Origin: Phoronis australis
Lineage: Eukaryota > Animalia > Phoronida
Direction of reading: 5' to 3'
DNA: 64,000 nucleotides
NCBI GenBank assembly: GCA_002633005.1
Contig: NMRA01000636.1
Span: 1-64,000, forward strand
The notes beneath the pieces are model-generated. The model had not been told where the DNA came from and did no database searches. It saw nothing but the letters and a program-made list of their open reading frames with translations. The stretch's first letter is position 1; each line of letters begins with the position of its first letter. Positions 1 through 12,436 of this stretch are shown here, piece after piece. The translations under genes and the position numbers were made by a program.

Positions 1-164
1 GCTCAGCAGAAAAACTCAACTGGCCATTCACAAGTTTCTAAGGTTGCCAGCTCCTGGCCACTCGCGTTTGCCCATTGGAAGATCCTACTAAGTACGTTGG
101 AGTCACAGAGCACATACAGTGAGCCTTGGGAGATATGTCCATGTGTGACTACAAAAAGCTTTCT

Positions 165-1425
165 CAGTGGCGGATCTAGGATATCACAAGGGGGGGCCCA
201 ACATTTTGTCCGGCTGTAGACATTTGCGCAAACTGCATCACGATTGTAGATGCACATAGCACCGAATGGGGGGAGGTTTGGGAGGAAATTTTTCTGTTTT
301 TACCTCTAAAAATCAAGCATTTTCCTTGATTCCTGAAGTATTATCTAAGAAAAAAAAGCGGAGAACGTGTCAAACAGGAAAACTTGAACTGAACGTACCA
401 CAGACTCGAACTCACGACCTGGAGCATAGTAAGCGCGTGCGTTACCACTACACCACCACGATTTAACTACTAGACTTATACTAAAAGACCTACTTGTTTA
501 TGGTCCACAGCGTTTGCGCGCGAATCCAAGAAAAAAAGAAAAAAAAAAACGGAGAACGTGTCAAACAGGAATTGAACGTACCCAAAACTCGAACTCACGA
601 CCTGGAGCTTAGTGAGCGCGTGCGTTACCACTACACCACCACGATTTAACTGCTAGAGTTATACTAAAAGACCTACTTGTTTATGGTCCACAACGTTTGC
701 GCGCGAAACCTACTTCTTTTCGTAATGCTATACGTTTTATATTTTGCGCCATCAATTCTTAACAAATTTGTCGTATTTAAAATAGTCTTCAAACGCCCAA
801 AAGACCAAATCCGTTTTTCGTGTTGGCACTGAATAATGACGGGATTGCTTTGGAAATCGTCTTAAGATAAGGTTTGACAAAGAGAGTATTGCGAGTTTCT
901 GAGTGATTCACTAAGGCTTCGATTAAAATTCACATCTTACCAACACCTTCTGTTTTTTCATCGTCACTTAGGTTCCATTCTCTTTAAAAAATGAAGTAAA
1001 ATTTCTTTATTGCACAGTGGAGCAGACGACGAAAACGGAGTCGTACTGCGCAGCGCCACTGCCGGTCGCCTGGGATATCGCGGGAGAGCCTATACTTAGC
1101 CATAGTTCCGTTACGAATGCGCCGTGTTCCTAATCTGACACTTGAAATTGCACACATTTAAATCTTTTTTCATCCGTATAATTTTAATTACCGGGGTTAA
1201 TTAATAAACTCACCATTTCCCTACGCTCTTTCTGTTTTATTTTTTTTGCGGCAGCCAAGGGGGGGGGGCCCGGGCCCCCTGGGCCCCCCCCTAAATCCGC
1301 CTATGTATATCCCCCCCCCCTAAAACTGCACACATTTAAATCTTGTTTCAGCCGTATAATCTTAATTACCGGGGTTAGTTAATAAATTCAGCATTTCCCT
1401 ACGCCCTCCCCTAAATCTGCCTATG
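165..1425. mobile_element. Non-autonomous DNA transposon (hAT-like MITE) with a duplicated right end
   Basis: cagtggcggatctagg at 165 pairs imperfectly with cctaaatccgcctatg ending 1305, repeated ending 1425; 660-1305 matches 44909-45560 in reverse complement; no TSD found. Confidence 0.6.
360..708 (-). repeat. Two tandem ~185-190-bp units, each with a tRNA-derived (SINE-head-like) segment
   Basis: Minus strand reads TGGTGTAGTGG (A box) then GTTCGAGT (B box) at about 394-460 and 577-642. Confidence 0.6.
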
Positions 1426-3749
1426 AATAACGATTTGAGTAAAGCTGTAATATTGTGAATTGTGAGCGTAAGATCAACTTTCTATCTTAAATCGTCACAT
1501 TTCATAAAACAGACCCCTCGCGTGACTCTTTAAAATTATTTTAAGGTGTGACTAATTGTAATAAATCGCTTTCAACCAGTGTTTCAGGCTCTGTTCCGTG
1601 TCCACCTACGAATTTAAATATCATATAATAATCTTAAATCCTTGTTAAAGCGTTAAATTAACATTTTTTACCTTTTCGGTAACCATGTCACGTGCAAGAG
1701 CGAATGGACTTAATTGGGGACAGAAACTACATTCATTTCATGTGGAGTAACGACAGATTATCAGTGCATCACAGTGGAACCAGTTGTAAAAGAATTATAC
1801 TGTGCTGCGTAATTAAGCAAAGTTTGTAAGTGTACTTATCTGGGCGAAGCTGGGGGACCGTCGGTAGAGACGTGATTCTCTCATCGCTAATGTATAAACT
1901 AACAACGAAAAACTCAGATCGTGAAGGGGAAAGGAGTGAAATTATGGCGGACGACCTGGCAGGCCATCTCACCAGTGTTCAAAGGAACATTTGCCAGGTT
2001 CACCGAGAAGTAGCGAACACTACTGGTAGCAGTTTTCAGTGGTGAAAATGTTAACGTTTCAGTCACATTACTTAGTTGTACGGGAAGGAGTTATTTTGGC
2101 CAGCAGTTAGTTTGTTTGTTCACCATCTGAATCCCAAAAGTTGAGATTCCTTGCAATAAACTGACGACAAATACCCGCCTNCCCGCCTCGTCCTTCCCCA
2201 CCGTGTATGCGCGTATTTTGAAGAAATAGTCCCGACTACAAAAGTGCGACCAAAAACGCAGCAGTCTCTTCAAGTGAACTGACTCGAAATGCCAATAAAG
2301 TAGCCAACGCCGGTGACTTTTACAACCATTCTCAATACTGGCGTTTCTGCAAGCGGCGAAAATGCTAAACCAGGTAGCGCTTGAGTGGTTTCAGTCGGTT
2401 TGTGAACGACACTTGCGTAACCTGAAGAGTGCTCTGCATATATGAAGCGGAGTTATCATCCTGGTTAAACTTAACTGCCACGTCCAGTGTCAATTAATTA
2501 TTCAACGTTGGTCTGATTAAATGCTGACAATATTCTTTTGAAAGCACCAATGCCAACTAGTCAGGCAAGGGCATATAATCTAGTTATAATGCATACTTTT
2601 GTCGCACAACTTTAATGCATTCGAGACCAGAAGCTAGATGTCAACCACTTTTCTTTTATCAATATAGATTGATGGTTATACATCACTCCAACTCCATTAG
2701 AATCCCCCGGTGATATCATAACAAGCGTGAGAATGTTCTACTTCATTACCTACCTCACAAATACTGTAAGTAGGCATCTCAAAATTTGCTGTCCAAATCA
2801 GTGTCGAATTCATGATAAATCAGTGTCGAATTCATGATAAATCGTAACACAAAAATAATTACCTATATTGAATATCAATGAGTTGTGCCAAGCATTATCT
2901 TGATGAGGTTTTAAAGCTCATGGCAAGACTAATTATATGTCATAAACTATCTTAAGGCGAGATTTTACAGCTAAGCTAATAACCGCGCCGGTTACGACGG
3001 ATTAGCCGCGGCACAATGCGCGCCATAACGAACGTAGGCCAAACCAAGAGCAGACGTTTGACCAACAACAGACTTAGCTACAAAATATCATAAGGCAGAA
3101 CAATATCTCTTAACAGTACATTTGAAAGAGGCTGCTAGTCATGAAGTTCTCAGATCAGTTCCACGTGGCCATTATCCGGAATCAATTCCAAAATCTAACC
3201 GTTCCTTCATTGCCCATTTCCATCCTCGCATAATTTTAAAAATTCAGGGTTTGCCATCATGATAATTAACCCCAACAACCAAGAACAAAATCGCAAACCT
3301 ACCCAAATAAAAAATTCAAAAGCTTATAGATTTCAGAAGAACAATTTCATTACAACAGTTGCAATATTTTTTTAAATATGTTTAATAGCATGTTACTTTA
3401 AATAACCTATTCTTATCAAAATGGCATAAGCAAGAAATTCTGGAAGGGTCCTTTCATAGTAATATAGAAGACCCCCACGCTTCGGTTGCTTTCAGGCATT
3501 GCCATAGGCCCTCGCTCGCTGACTGCACTTTGAGTACACTCTTCCCTGTTAAGCGCCACCTATAGACAATCAGGAATAACTACATACTTATCTGGAATTC
3601 GGCAGTGTCCCCTTCTTCTTTGCAATGAATATCGGACAGCTGCTGCAAATCGTGTGCCTAAAAAGAGCGTTTTCGTTTATTTGTTAATTTATATTGTAAC
3701 TTTGCCCTAATCTCGAAGCTTGACCGCAACCCGCAATCTCCACGACTAG

Positions 3750-5047
3750 TAGCTGGGCAGATAAGTGCAAATATGCACCAGAATTGTGCAAATGATGATA
3801 CAAGCACCAAATTTTTCATGATGACNNNNNNNNNNNNNNNNNNNNNNNNNNNNNNNNNNNNNNNNNNNNNNNNNNNNNNNNNNNNNNNNNNNNNNNNNNN
3901 NNNNNNNNNNNNNNNNNNNNNNNNNNNNNNNNNNNNNNNNNNNNNNNNNNNNNNNNNNNNNNNNNNNNNNNNNNNNNNNNNNNNNNNNNNNNNNNNNNNN
4001 NNNNNNNNNNNNNNNNNNNNNNNNNNNNNNNNNNNNNNNNNNNNNNNNNNNNNNNNNNNNNNNNNNNNNNNNNNNNNNNNNNNNNNNNNNNNNNNNNNNN
4101 NNNNNNNNNNNNNNNNNNNNNNNNNNNNNNNNNNNNNNNNNNNNNNNNNNNNNNNNNNNNNNNNNNNNNNNNNNNNNNNNNNNNNNNNNNNNNNNNNNNN
4201 NNNNNNNNNNNNNNNNNNNNNNNNNNNNNNNNNNNNNNNNNNNNNNNNNNNNNNNNNNNNNNNNNNNNNNNNNNNNNNNNNNNNNNNNNNNNNNNNNNNN
4301 NNNNNNNNNNNNNNNNNNNNNNNNNNNNNNNNNNNNNNNNNNNNNNNNNNNNNNNNNNNNNNNNNNNNNNNNNNNNNNNNNNNNNNNNNNNNNNNNNNNN
4401 NNNNNNNNNNNNNNNNNNNNNNNNNNNNNNNNNNNNNNNNNNNNNNNNNNNNNNNNNNNNNNNNNNNNNNNNNNNNNNNNNNNNNNNNNNNNNNNNNNNN
4501 NNNNNNNNNNNNNNNNNNNNNNNNNNNNNNNNNNNNNNNNNNNNNNNNNNNNNNNNNNNNNNNNNNNNNNNNNNNNNNNNNNNNNNNNNNNNNNNNNNNN
4601 NNNNNNNNNNNNNNNNNNNNNNNNNNNNNNNNNNNNNNNNNNNNNNNNNNNNNNNNNNNNNNNNNNNNNNNNNNNNNNNNNNNNNNNNNNNNNNNNNNNN
4701 NNNNNNNNNNNNNNNNNNNNNNNNNNNNNNNNNNNNNNNNNNNNNNNNNNNNNNNNNNNNNNNNNNNNNNNNNNNNNNNNNNNNNNNNNNNNNNNNNNNN
4801 NNNNNNNNNNNNNNNTGATAGCTGGGCAGATAAGTGCAAATATGCACCAGAATTGTGCAAATGATGATACAAGCACCAAATTTTTCATGATGACACGTGG
4901 CTCTGGCCAAAAGACGGTCTCCGCTTTTGCAAATGAACTCTGGTGACACGCACGCGCTCGCTTACTCATATTAGCTGGGCAGATAAGTGCAAATATGCAC
5001 CAGAATTGTGCAAATGGTGATACAAGCACCAAATTTTCCATGATGAC
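3750..5047 (+). repeat. Three direct copies of the 76-bp Academ left terminus (3750-3825, 4819-4894, 4972-5047) spanning a 990-N gap
   Basis: tagctgggcagataagtgcaaatatgcaccagaattgtgcaaat..catgatgac; copies 1 and 2 are identical, copy 3 differs at 2 positions; 77 bp of unrelated sequence lies between copies 2 and 3. Confidence 0.85.
3826..4815. other. Assembly gap (others at 32611-33114, 51281-51312, 59417-59768)
   Basis: Runs of N. Confidence 1.
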
Positions 5048-8000
5048 TCATAATAGCATACCTAAGAGATCTGTCCGACTAGCCACCTGAAAATCCAAGA
5101 TGGCGGCCATTTTTCACGATGGCCGCCATCCAGTGTTCGTGATAATGAATTTCCTTGTAAATCAGTATCTACCTAACCGATTTTAGCGATCTTGGTGTCA
5201 AATGTTACAGTTTTGGGTATGCTTAATTCATTTTGGACACTGTGGACACTCTCAATTACATATATTGTTAGGATATAGGCAATTATACACTTTAATTCGG
5301 TCAATTTATATGTTTTCTGTCTTGTCGAATGCTTTGGTCATGCTGCATTTGTCTTGTATCAATAGCTGATTATTAATTATGCATGGGTTTTACGGGTGTA
5401 GTGGTAGAGGTAGTACCTTTGTTTCAGCAGTCAGCCACATCCCCTGTATGGACGTCTGGCACTGGTCCTCAGCACTACGCCAACTCTCACTTATGGAAGT
5501 TGCTGTGCAGCAACGGCCACACCCCGGGACACCGCGTTGGCTCGCGGGCAAAACGTAAGTGAGAGTAACACACAAAAGCTGTGTGTGTGAGAACTGAAGA
5601 ATGTCTACCTCTAAACATATTGAACATGAAGATGACGGGTCATGACTTGTAGACAATGTCTGGTGAGTAATTGTCTGGCACTACCAGGGCACACTGGTGA
5701 CAATTACTGCTGTGAAACTCAGCATAGGATTCAATGTCAGCTGAAGAGGAATCTTTATTAGAAGCTCATCATCAAGGACGAGATGTCCTTCTTGCCTTTA
5801 AGACAGACGTGGGAGAAATTCTAGCTCAAGCCAGCAAATATGGTGAAGCAATCCACTTGGCCAAGGCTGCTGGGATAATACAAAATGACATGGTGAAGCA
5901 TAAAAGACCATTCAACGGCACATTCTACGATGGATGTCTTGAAGATGCTGTGCCTGACTCACTTCTTCAATTCGTATGCATGATTGAACATGGAGCTGAT
6001 ATCAAGTCACAACACCAACATAGAGCATCAAAATCTGACGTTGCAATAGCACAGCTCTTGCAGTATAACTGCTTTGCACGACCCAAGAAAGGATCACAAT
6101 TTAACAGGCATGCCAAGGACCGGGAGACCCCCTTTGCCGTGTATGTTGACTTGTCTGTCTTTTCCAAAACAAGGAAGAGGCAACTGATTGAGATGCTTCA
6201 TGAGAACGGAATCAGCGTTTCCTACGATAGAGTCCTTGAAATCTCTGCCCAGCTAGAAGAGGCTGTTGTGGCATAGTACGTTGAAGATGGAGTTGTCTGC
6301 CCACCAGTCCTGAAAAAACACGTGTTCACGACTTCAGCGGTGGACAACATTGACCACAACCCGACTGCAACTACAGCTCAATCTTCCTTCCATAGTGCCA
6401 GTATGTCCCTCTTTCAGCACCCAAGCTCTGAATACCGTGGTGAAGAACGTGAAGCACGGAAACTCAATCCAGATGCCAAGGTCAAGAAAGTCCCAGAGCA
6501 TCCTGAGGATTTCACAAACGTTCGACCAGCTTACATCACAAAGAATCACAATCCTCCTACAATTACAAGTCACATTTACCCAACACCCGAGTCAATCAAG
6601 TCACATATGAAAGAAGATTACATGTGGTTGGAAAAGATATCACTAACCAAGACCGTTGGAGACGGGGTAAATGTGTCATGGGCAGCCCATCATGCTGCAC
6701 AGAACAGGACCCAGTTATTCGAAGTGAGCATTATCTCACTAATGCCTATGATTCGTCACCAGGCCCACTCGGTTGCCACCATCAAGCACTGCATGCATAA
6801 GATTCAAAACACAGTGGTTTTCCTTAATTCAGGACAAACCCCAGTTATAGCTGTTTACCAGCCACTGTTTGCTCTTGCTAAGCATATCCAGTGGCAGTGG
6901 CCAGACGAGTATGGAGAGGACAAGTTCGTCATCATGTTCCGGGGACTCCACAATGAGATGGCTGCACTGAGATCATTAGGGACACTCCTAGAAGACAGTG
7001 GCTGGATTAGGGCTATTGCTGAAGCAGGTGTGGCGTCATCTGGTACAGCAGAGTCATTTCTGACAGTGTCAAGTGTCACCAGAACAAGACTTGCCCACCA
7101 GACCACAGCATGCAGCTTGTACACATTGATGAAGGAAGCTCACCGTGACTACTGCTCCGAGTGTGAGGTGTCGGGAAATACTCATATGGCATTTGAAGAC
7201 TGGCGTGAGAGGCAGAGGAGAACGAGTCCACAATTCCAGTTTTGGAATCTGGTGCTGGATATGGAGCTTGCCATCTTTCTCGTGATCCGCTCATTTAGGG
7301 AAGGAGACTTTGAACTCTACCGAGAATCCTTGACAGAACTGATTCCATACTTCTTCGCGAACAACAATTGGCGGGACAGGATGTCTCTTGATCACCAACA
7401 CCCAGATGTCGCCAGGGAGTTTCACAAGGGGAACTTCGTCATTCACAAATCAAAATGTGAGTTTTCGGCAATGGCGATTGATCAAGCTCACGAACAAAAC
7501 AATGCAGTCATCAAAAGTGATGGTGGAGCTGTTGGGCTAACTGAGGATCCTGCAGCACTGAGGAGATGGATGGTAGCTGGACCAGAAGTGAGTTGTTTAG
7601 TTGCAGGCTATGAAACCATATCATGCGTTAAGGACACAGCTATCACCACTAAACACCACGAGCAGAATTCAAGCACCCAACGGGCATTCCTTGAGAAGGT
7701 CAAAGCGCTACAAAGAGGCTTGAAGGAGATGGGCAACCTTTTTCAAGAAGAGATAGCAGACCTACTGGTTCTAGACACAAAGACTATTGCAGATCCAGCG
7801 CTAGCTGAGCTCGTGGCAACACATCATGAGAGAGGAAAACAACAATTCAAGTTATTTGTAGAAGGCCTGGAGAGTGAAGATACAAGTGCATTCTACCGCC
7901 CCATAAAGAAGAACAAGGTTGCCTTCTTCAAACATGAGAAGGTTGCTTGTAGTTCCAAGGAAAAGGTCATGAAAGAAGACTGTCATCTGTTCTCCAGGCT

Positions 8001-9212
8001 ATTCATCTCTTGCCAGGTAAGACAGTGTGATTTACAGGAGTTCTTCGCTCATGAGAACCAGGCAGCTCCTGCTTCACTCAGTGACAATGGCAAGCTCCAT
8101 GCATCTCAAAAGTCACAGCTGACGGACATTCTTGAATCCGGAGTCACTCTACCAGAAAGCGAACCAGAAGGAGCTACCATCATCATTGATGGATCAGCTC
8201 TGATTAATGCCATACCTCCCCGGAGCTCAAAGTCATTTGATGACTATGTCAAACCTTCAAGAAACTCAGCTACTGTCCGGGAGAAATTTCAGACGATGAC
8301 CTGCAGAATCTGGAAAACTTCGTTGTCCTAATGTATGACAGATCCAAAGCAGCTAATGGTGTTAACGAGGCAAGGTTGGATCTCTTTGTCCGCAAGCAGA
8401 GGACTTATGATGCAATTCCACCATCCAGAGATGCCTTGAGAGAGCATGTCAAACGTGCTGCCTACCAAAGTGGGATCATCTGGAGCCAGGCGACTGTCTC
8501 GAACCCACAAACCAGACCTGCTGCTGACTGGGGTTGGATTCAATGTGAAGAGTCATGGAAAATACACTGGACAACCCTTCCACCAATAGCTGCATGCTGC
8601 CAGGAATTGACCAAATGCTGCTGTAAAAAGGCTGCACCGGGAGGTGCAAATGTTTCCGAGCAGGACTGTCTTGTACCGCTCTGTGTAGCTGTGTATGTGA
8701 CCAGTAACGTCGTTGTGAACGAATTCACTAAAGGAATTTATAATAGACAATAGATTCTGGACAATAAATTATTTTAGCATTAATGTGATGTTCATGTTCG
8801 ACTAAGTTTGTGATTTATGATTCCGTCCATTTATTTTCTATTTGATGTTCGAGAGCACAGTTCCGTTTCTCGTTAATAAAATGCATTTCGATGTTGTAAG
8901 TTTTTGTTTATTTTATCAGTAGTTTCCCACATAGTGTTAAAATGCTTCTGGAAATATCAAAAATGAAATCAGCATATCCAAAAACATACAATTTGACAAC
9001 AAGTTCATGAAATTCGGTTGAGCAGAGACAGATTTATGAGGAAAAGCGTTACCCGCAAGCACCAAATGGCGGCCATTTTTCAAAATGGCCGCCATTTTGG
9101 ATTTTTAGGTGGCTAGTCGGGTAGATCTGTTGAGTATACCTTAGGAAGTCACCATGCCAATTTTGGTGCTTGTATCATCAAATGCATGATTTTTCCAGTA
9201 TCTGCTCAGCTG
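4972..9212 (+). mobile_element. Academ (AcademX-type) DNA transposon, decayed
   Basis: Long imperfect TIRs of about 250-280 bp (tagctgggcagata... / ...tatctgctcagctg); 3-bp TSD TAT at 4969-4971 and 9213-9215; internal transposase pseudogene. Confidence 0.8.
5734..8707 (+). pseudogene. Academ transposase / XPG(PIN)-like / Cys8 zinc-finger polyprotein pseudogene
   Basis: ORFs 5734-6276 and 6322-8331 share a frame across one TAG. Motifs AVDNIDHNP, TPV..YQPL (normally DQPL), GLHNEM, DQAHEQNN, IIIDGSAL. Frameshifted C-terminus VNEARLDLF...CCCKKGCTGRCKCFRAGLSCTALCSC with stop at 8705-8707. Most of the XPG-like region appears deleted near 8250. Confidence 0.8.
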
Positions 9213-10439
9213 TATACGCAGACAAACTTCAAAACGTGACAGCAACATGTGTGCGTCCAGACATTTTTCTCGTGTTGCCGATCATACATGGAACGATGTC
9301 ACTGAGCACAGATTTCTACTTAAACCTGCAATCATTCCCAACTCCACGGGAACTTAAAAAAAATCTTAGGGACGCTACTTGGAAAACTTAGTGAGGATTT
9401 CACGTAACTCATGATTTAATTGCTTGAGTCGAAATTTTTTGTAAAATAATCGTAATTTAGCAGCAAAGTTTGTTAGCAATGCACCATAGTTTTGTAGAAA
9501 GTCTTTCATAGATTAAAGATACGTCACAGAGAGTAAATTTGATGAATCACCCGTTTTGGAGACCGGGTTTCAACCGCTTTGGGTTGTAATAAGCGTCCTG
9601 AACCGAGCTTTTCTTGGGGCCCTGGGCGGTTATTACGTCGAATACGGTGTCTCGTAAAATTTCTTCCTAGTGATTATTTCTTCCCACTCCGACTTTGCGC
9701 ATGCGCAGATTGGTCAGGAATGTATACATTCGGTTTTGAGAGCGTGAAATATCTTCCCACGGCAATTCTGTACGCTACAGTGAGACAGTNTGATTGGCTA
9801 ATAAAAACCACATGATCACATCCACTCGTATTATTGGCTGTTACAATTTGTTCTCAGAACATTCTAAAATCTCTAGAGTACTTTGACCCCAGAACCCAAA
9901 GTTGTAAACACCATCTAAAAATAGATTTTGACGTTAAAATACATGTCAACAAGTCTGACCCCATGATTTAAAAGTACATATGCACAAATTTTGGGCAACT
10001 TAAAATGGATCTATTCTTACTAATTACTTAATCAATATTTATTCTGACAAACTACCAGACAATGCAAGGACACTTTTAACATTATATACTCTGTTCTTGT
10101 CATTGGTTATCATCTTCTTAATTGCACTTGTTCCCACATCTATAACAGTTTAGCAATGCAAAACCAAACGTACTGTGAAGTGTCTTAATATTAATCGTCA
10201 ACGAAAAGCCCATTGAGCCTCATCAACGCAAGCCCGTCCTGCAATATCATTCACATGTCAAGGTTTGAGCCACTACTGGGCTCAGCAGGCTAACATTTTA
10301 GTGTTTACACATTTTAATGTGTAAACACTATTAAAATAATGCCTTTCTCTTTCGCGAGTAACGAAAATACTGGAAAACGTGTGTTATTTCTTGACAAACG
10401 ATTTTCTATTAATCTATACAGTGAACAGCTTCTCTAACT

Positions 10440-10700
10440 GGCTCAATAGACTGAGCCAGTTGGAGACGGAGGTCTCAAGATAAAATATGAATCTAATTGG
10501 CCTATTTGAATTTGAAATAAAACTTACTAGAGTTACCGACGTTGCGTCCGTCTCTCACGGACTTCAGCTTGGCTAGTGAACAGGATTTCAACACAGATGA
10601 TGTCACTATCCTAGACTGTGAGGAAGATTGGTTCAGAAGGGGTGTCAAGGAAGCTCTCCATGAAACGCATCGAGAATCCCTCTGACACACGTGTGGGAAG
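10440..10700 (+). mobile_element. Penelope-like retroelement fragment (GIY-YIG endonuclease C-terminus)
   Basis: About 10595-10660 translates DDVTILDCEEDWFRRGVKEALH, matching the IL..E..W..R..KEA motif at the end of Penelope ORFs. Confidence 0.6.
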
Positions 10701-11475
10701 GTGTCCTGACCTCAATGCCCAGTAGCCAGAATAATAACTTTTTAGTGTACATTTGTCTAGTTCTCTACTTTTTTGGAGTTTTTGTTTCTCCGAGGCGGGC
10801 CTTTTTGCTCACTTCGCTAAATAGGGGCTCGTTCCAGCCCTCTTCACAAGATCTCATGAGATATCGCCATGTATTAGCAGCGAAACACGTGATCACACTA
10901 GCACCTTTTGCGAGATTCTTGTGTCCACGGAACTCAACCCTGGAAGTGAGACTGGGGGTTGTGGTATGTGGTATGGAATGAGGTATACGCTCAACATATT
11001 CAATTGGTGTTTTGTGAATTACAAATTAAATACAAGTAGGCTTACGTTTCCTCTTAATTTAACAAGCATTTTTATTTTCGAACTAAAACTTCCAGTCAAC
11101 AGTGCTCACAAGACCACATCCTGTCCAGTCAACGTAAAATCAGTTCACTTGAAATAAAAAATACTCGCATTTGCTTACATGTTATGCGAGTGTAAAAACA
11201 ATAGACACCAAAGGTTGGGTGCAGACCACACGATATACAGTGTAAAAATAATACTTTGACACCTAAGGTTGCATGCAGACCAAGGCTCACAAGCTCAGCC
11301 TGATCAAAAGCCTCAAAGGCAAACGAGCCAAGCCCATACCTCATACAGGTTACCTGCCAACACCAAGGAAATGCTTCTTGGAATATTCTAGAACGGTTAG
11401 TTCATTCAATTCCCTCCTTGAATAAAGCTCTTTGGAAGGTGCCATAATGATAGTGCATTGAGTGAGTGACTGAAG

Positions 11476-11481
11476 TTTATT
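11476..11481 (-). promoter_or_regulatory. Candidate AATAAA polyadenylation signal of the DIDO1-like gene
   Basis: tttatt on + strand about 960 nt past the stop; one of several candidates, no transcript evidence. Confidence 0.25.
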
Positions 11482-12436
11482 TGCCAGCGAAGCTTATCCA
11501 CAGAGCACTCCAGGCAGCCTGCCCACTGAAAAGATTTGAGCCCAGAAGAGGAACAATTCAATCAACTGAGATATTAGCTTAGTCACAACACAAGGGACCG
11601 TTCAGTTGGCACAGATCAGAGACGTTTTGGATTTTGAGACAGCAGCCCAAGCTCCAAGTTTTTTGTCTGCACAAAGCCCAATTCATTCCACTACTTTCAT
11701 GGCACAAACTTAACTATTCTGGGAAATTAAAAAAGTGAGCCCTGTAAGCATAGCAAAACGTCCACCACACCAAGTTCTGAGCTTTTATGAATTTTAAATA
11801 AGGCTAAACATAATTGGGCTATAACTACCTAGAAGCCATCCTTTGATCTTGTGTTGTTCTGCTTTGGGCAAACACAAAAATGTTATAACTACCAGCCTAA
11901 ATAATTTTGGGTGACATATTCTTAGAAATTCCCGGTAGACATGACAAAGCTAAAATACTAAAAAGCTGGTGAAGTACAACCAAACTGAAAGATTTCATCC
12001 ATACCGCAGAAAACTCTACTGTATTTGAAAGTCCCAGTGCACAAACTAGAACAACTGTAGCAAGGAACTTTGTCCAAGTTAAGCCGAAGTCTGACTTGAG
12101 CATGTCCAACTTATGCCAGTTTTACTATATAAACATCTGGTATTACTTTAATAGGTTTGCAGCTGAAAATAATAATGTGTTGCTCCTAAAAGAAAAATAG
12201 TTTTAACATCAGTCGATGTCTCAACCCCAATCAGTCTATCTGAACAGTGACATTGACAATATTCTAAAAATTTCACAAAAATCAATATTTACAAATATTA
12301 CAAACATCTTAATACGATTCACCAACAGCATGGGCTTGGAAAAACCATACAAATGTGACCTCCCTACAAAACAGGACACAGCGGAAATGTTTAACTGAAT
12401 CTTGAATTTCCATGGATTAACCATAGACTCCCACAC

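Noticed and set aside
394-642. Functional tRNA genes
   Set aside because: A/B boxes present but no convincing acceptor stem or cloverleaf; tandem and inside a MITE.
1830-2045. Possible first exon (ATGGCGGACGAC..) of another gene
   Set aside because: Short, no recognisable domain, no downstream exons identified.
2796-2842. 22-bp tandem duplication aaatcagtgtcgaattcatgat
   Set aside because: Ordinary local slippage duplication.
3658-5041. Long ORFs of 360-430 aa in the track (also near 32476-33201 and 59322-59816)
   Set aside because: Artifacts of translating through N-gaps.
3750-5047. Bona fide CRISPR array
   Set aside because: Eukaryotic context, no cas genes, 76-bp repeat is too long and is the terminus of the adjacent transposon; reported only as a repeat and a finding.
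9555-9650. Right end of another pogo-like element (gcggttattacgtcgaatacggt)
   Set aside because: No matching left end or TSD found.
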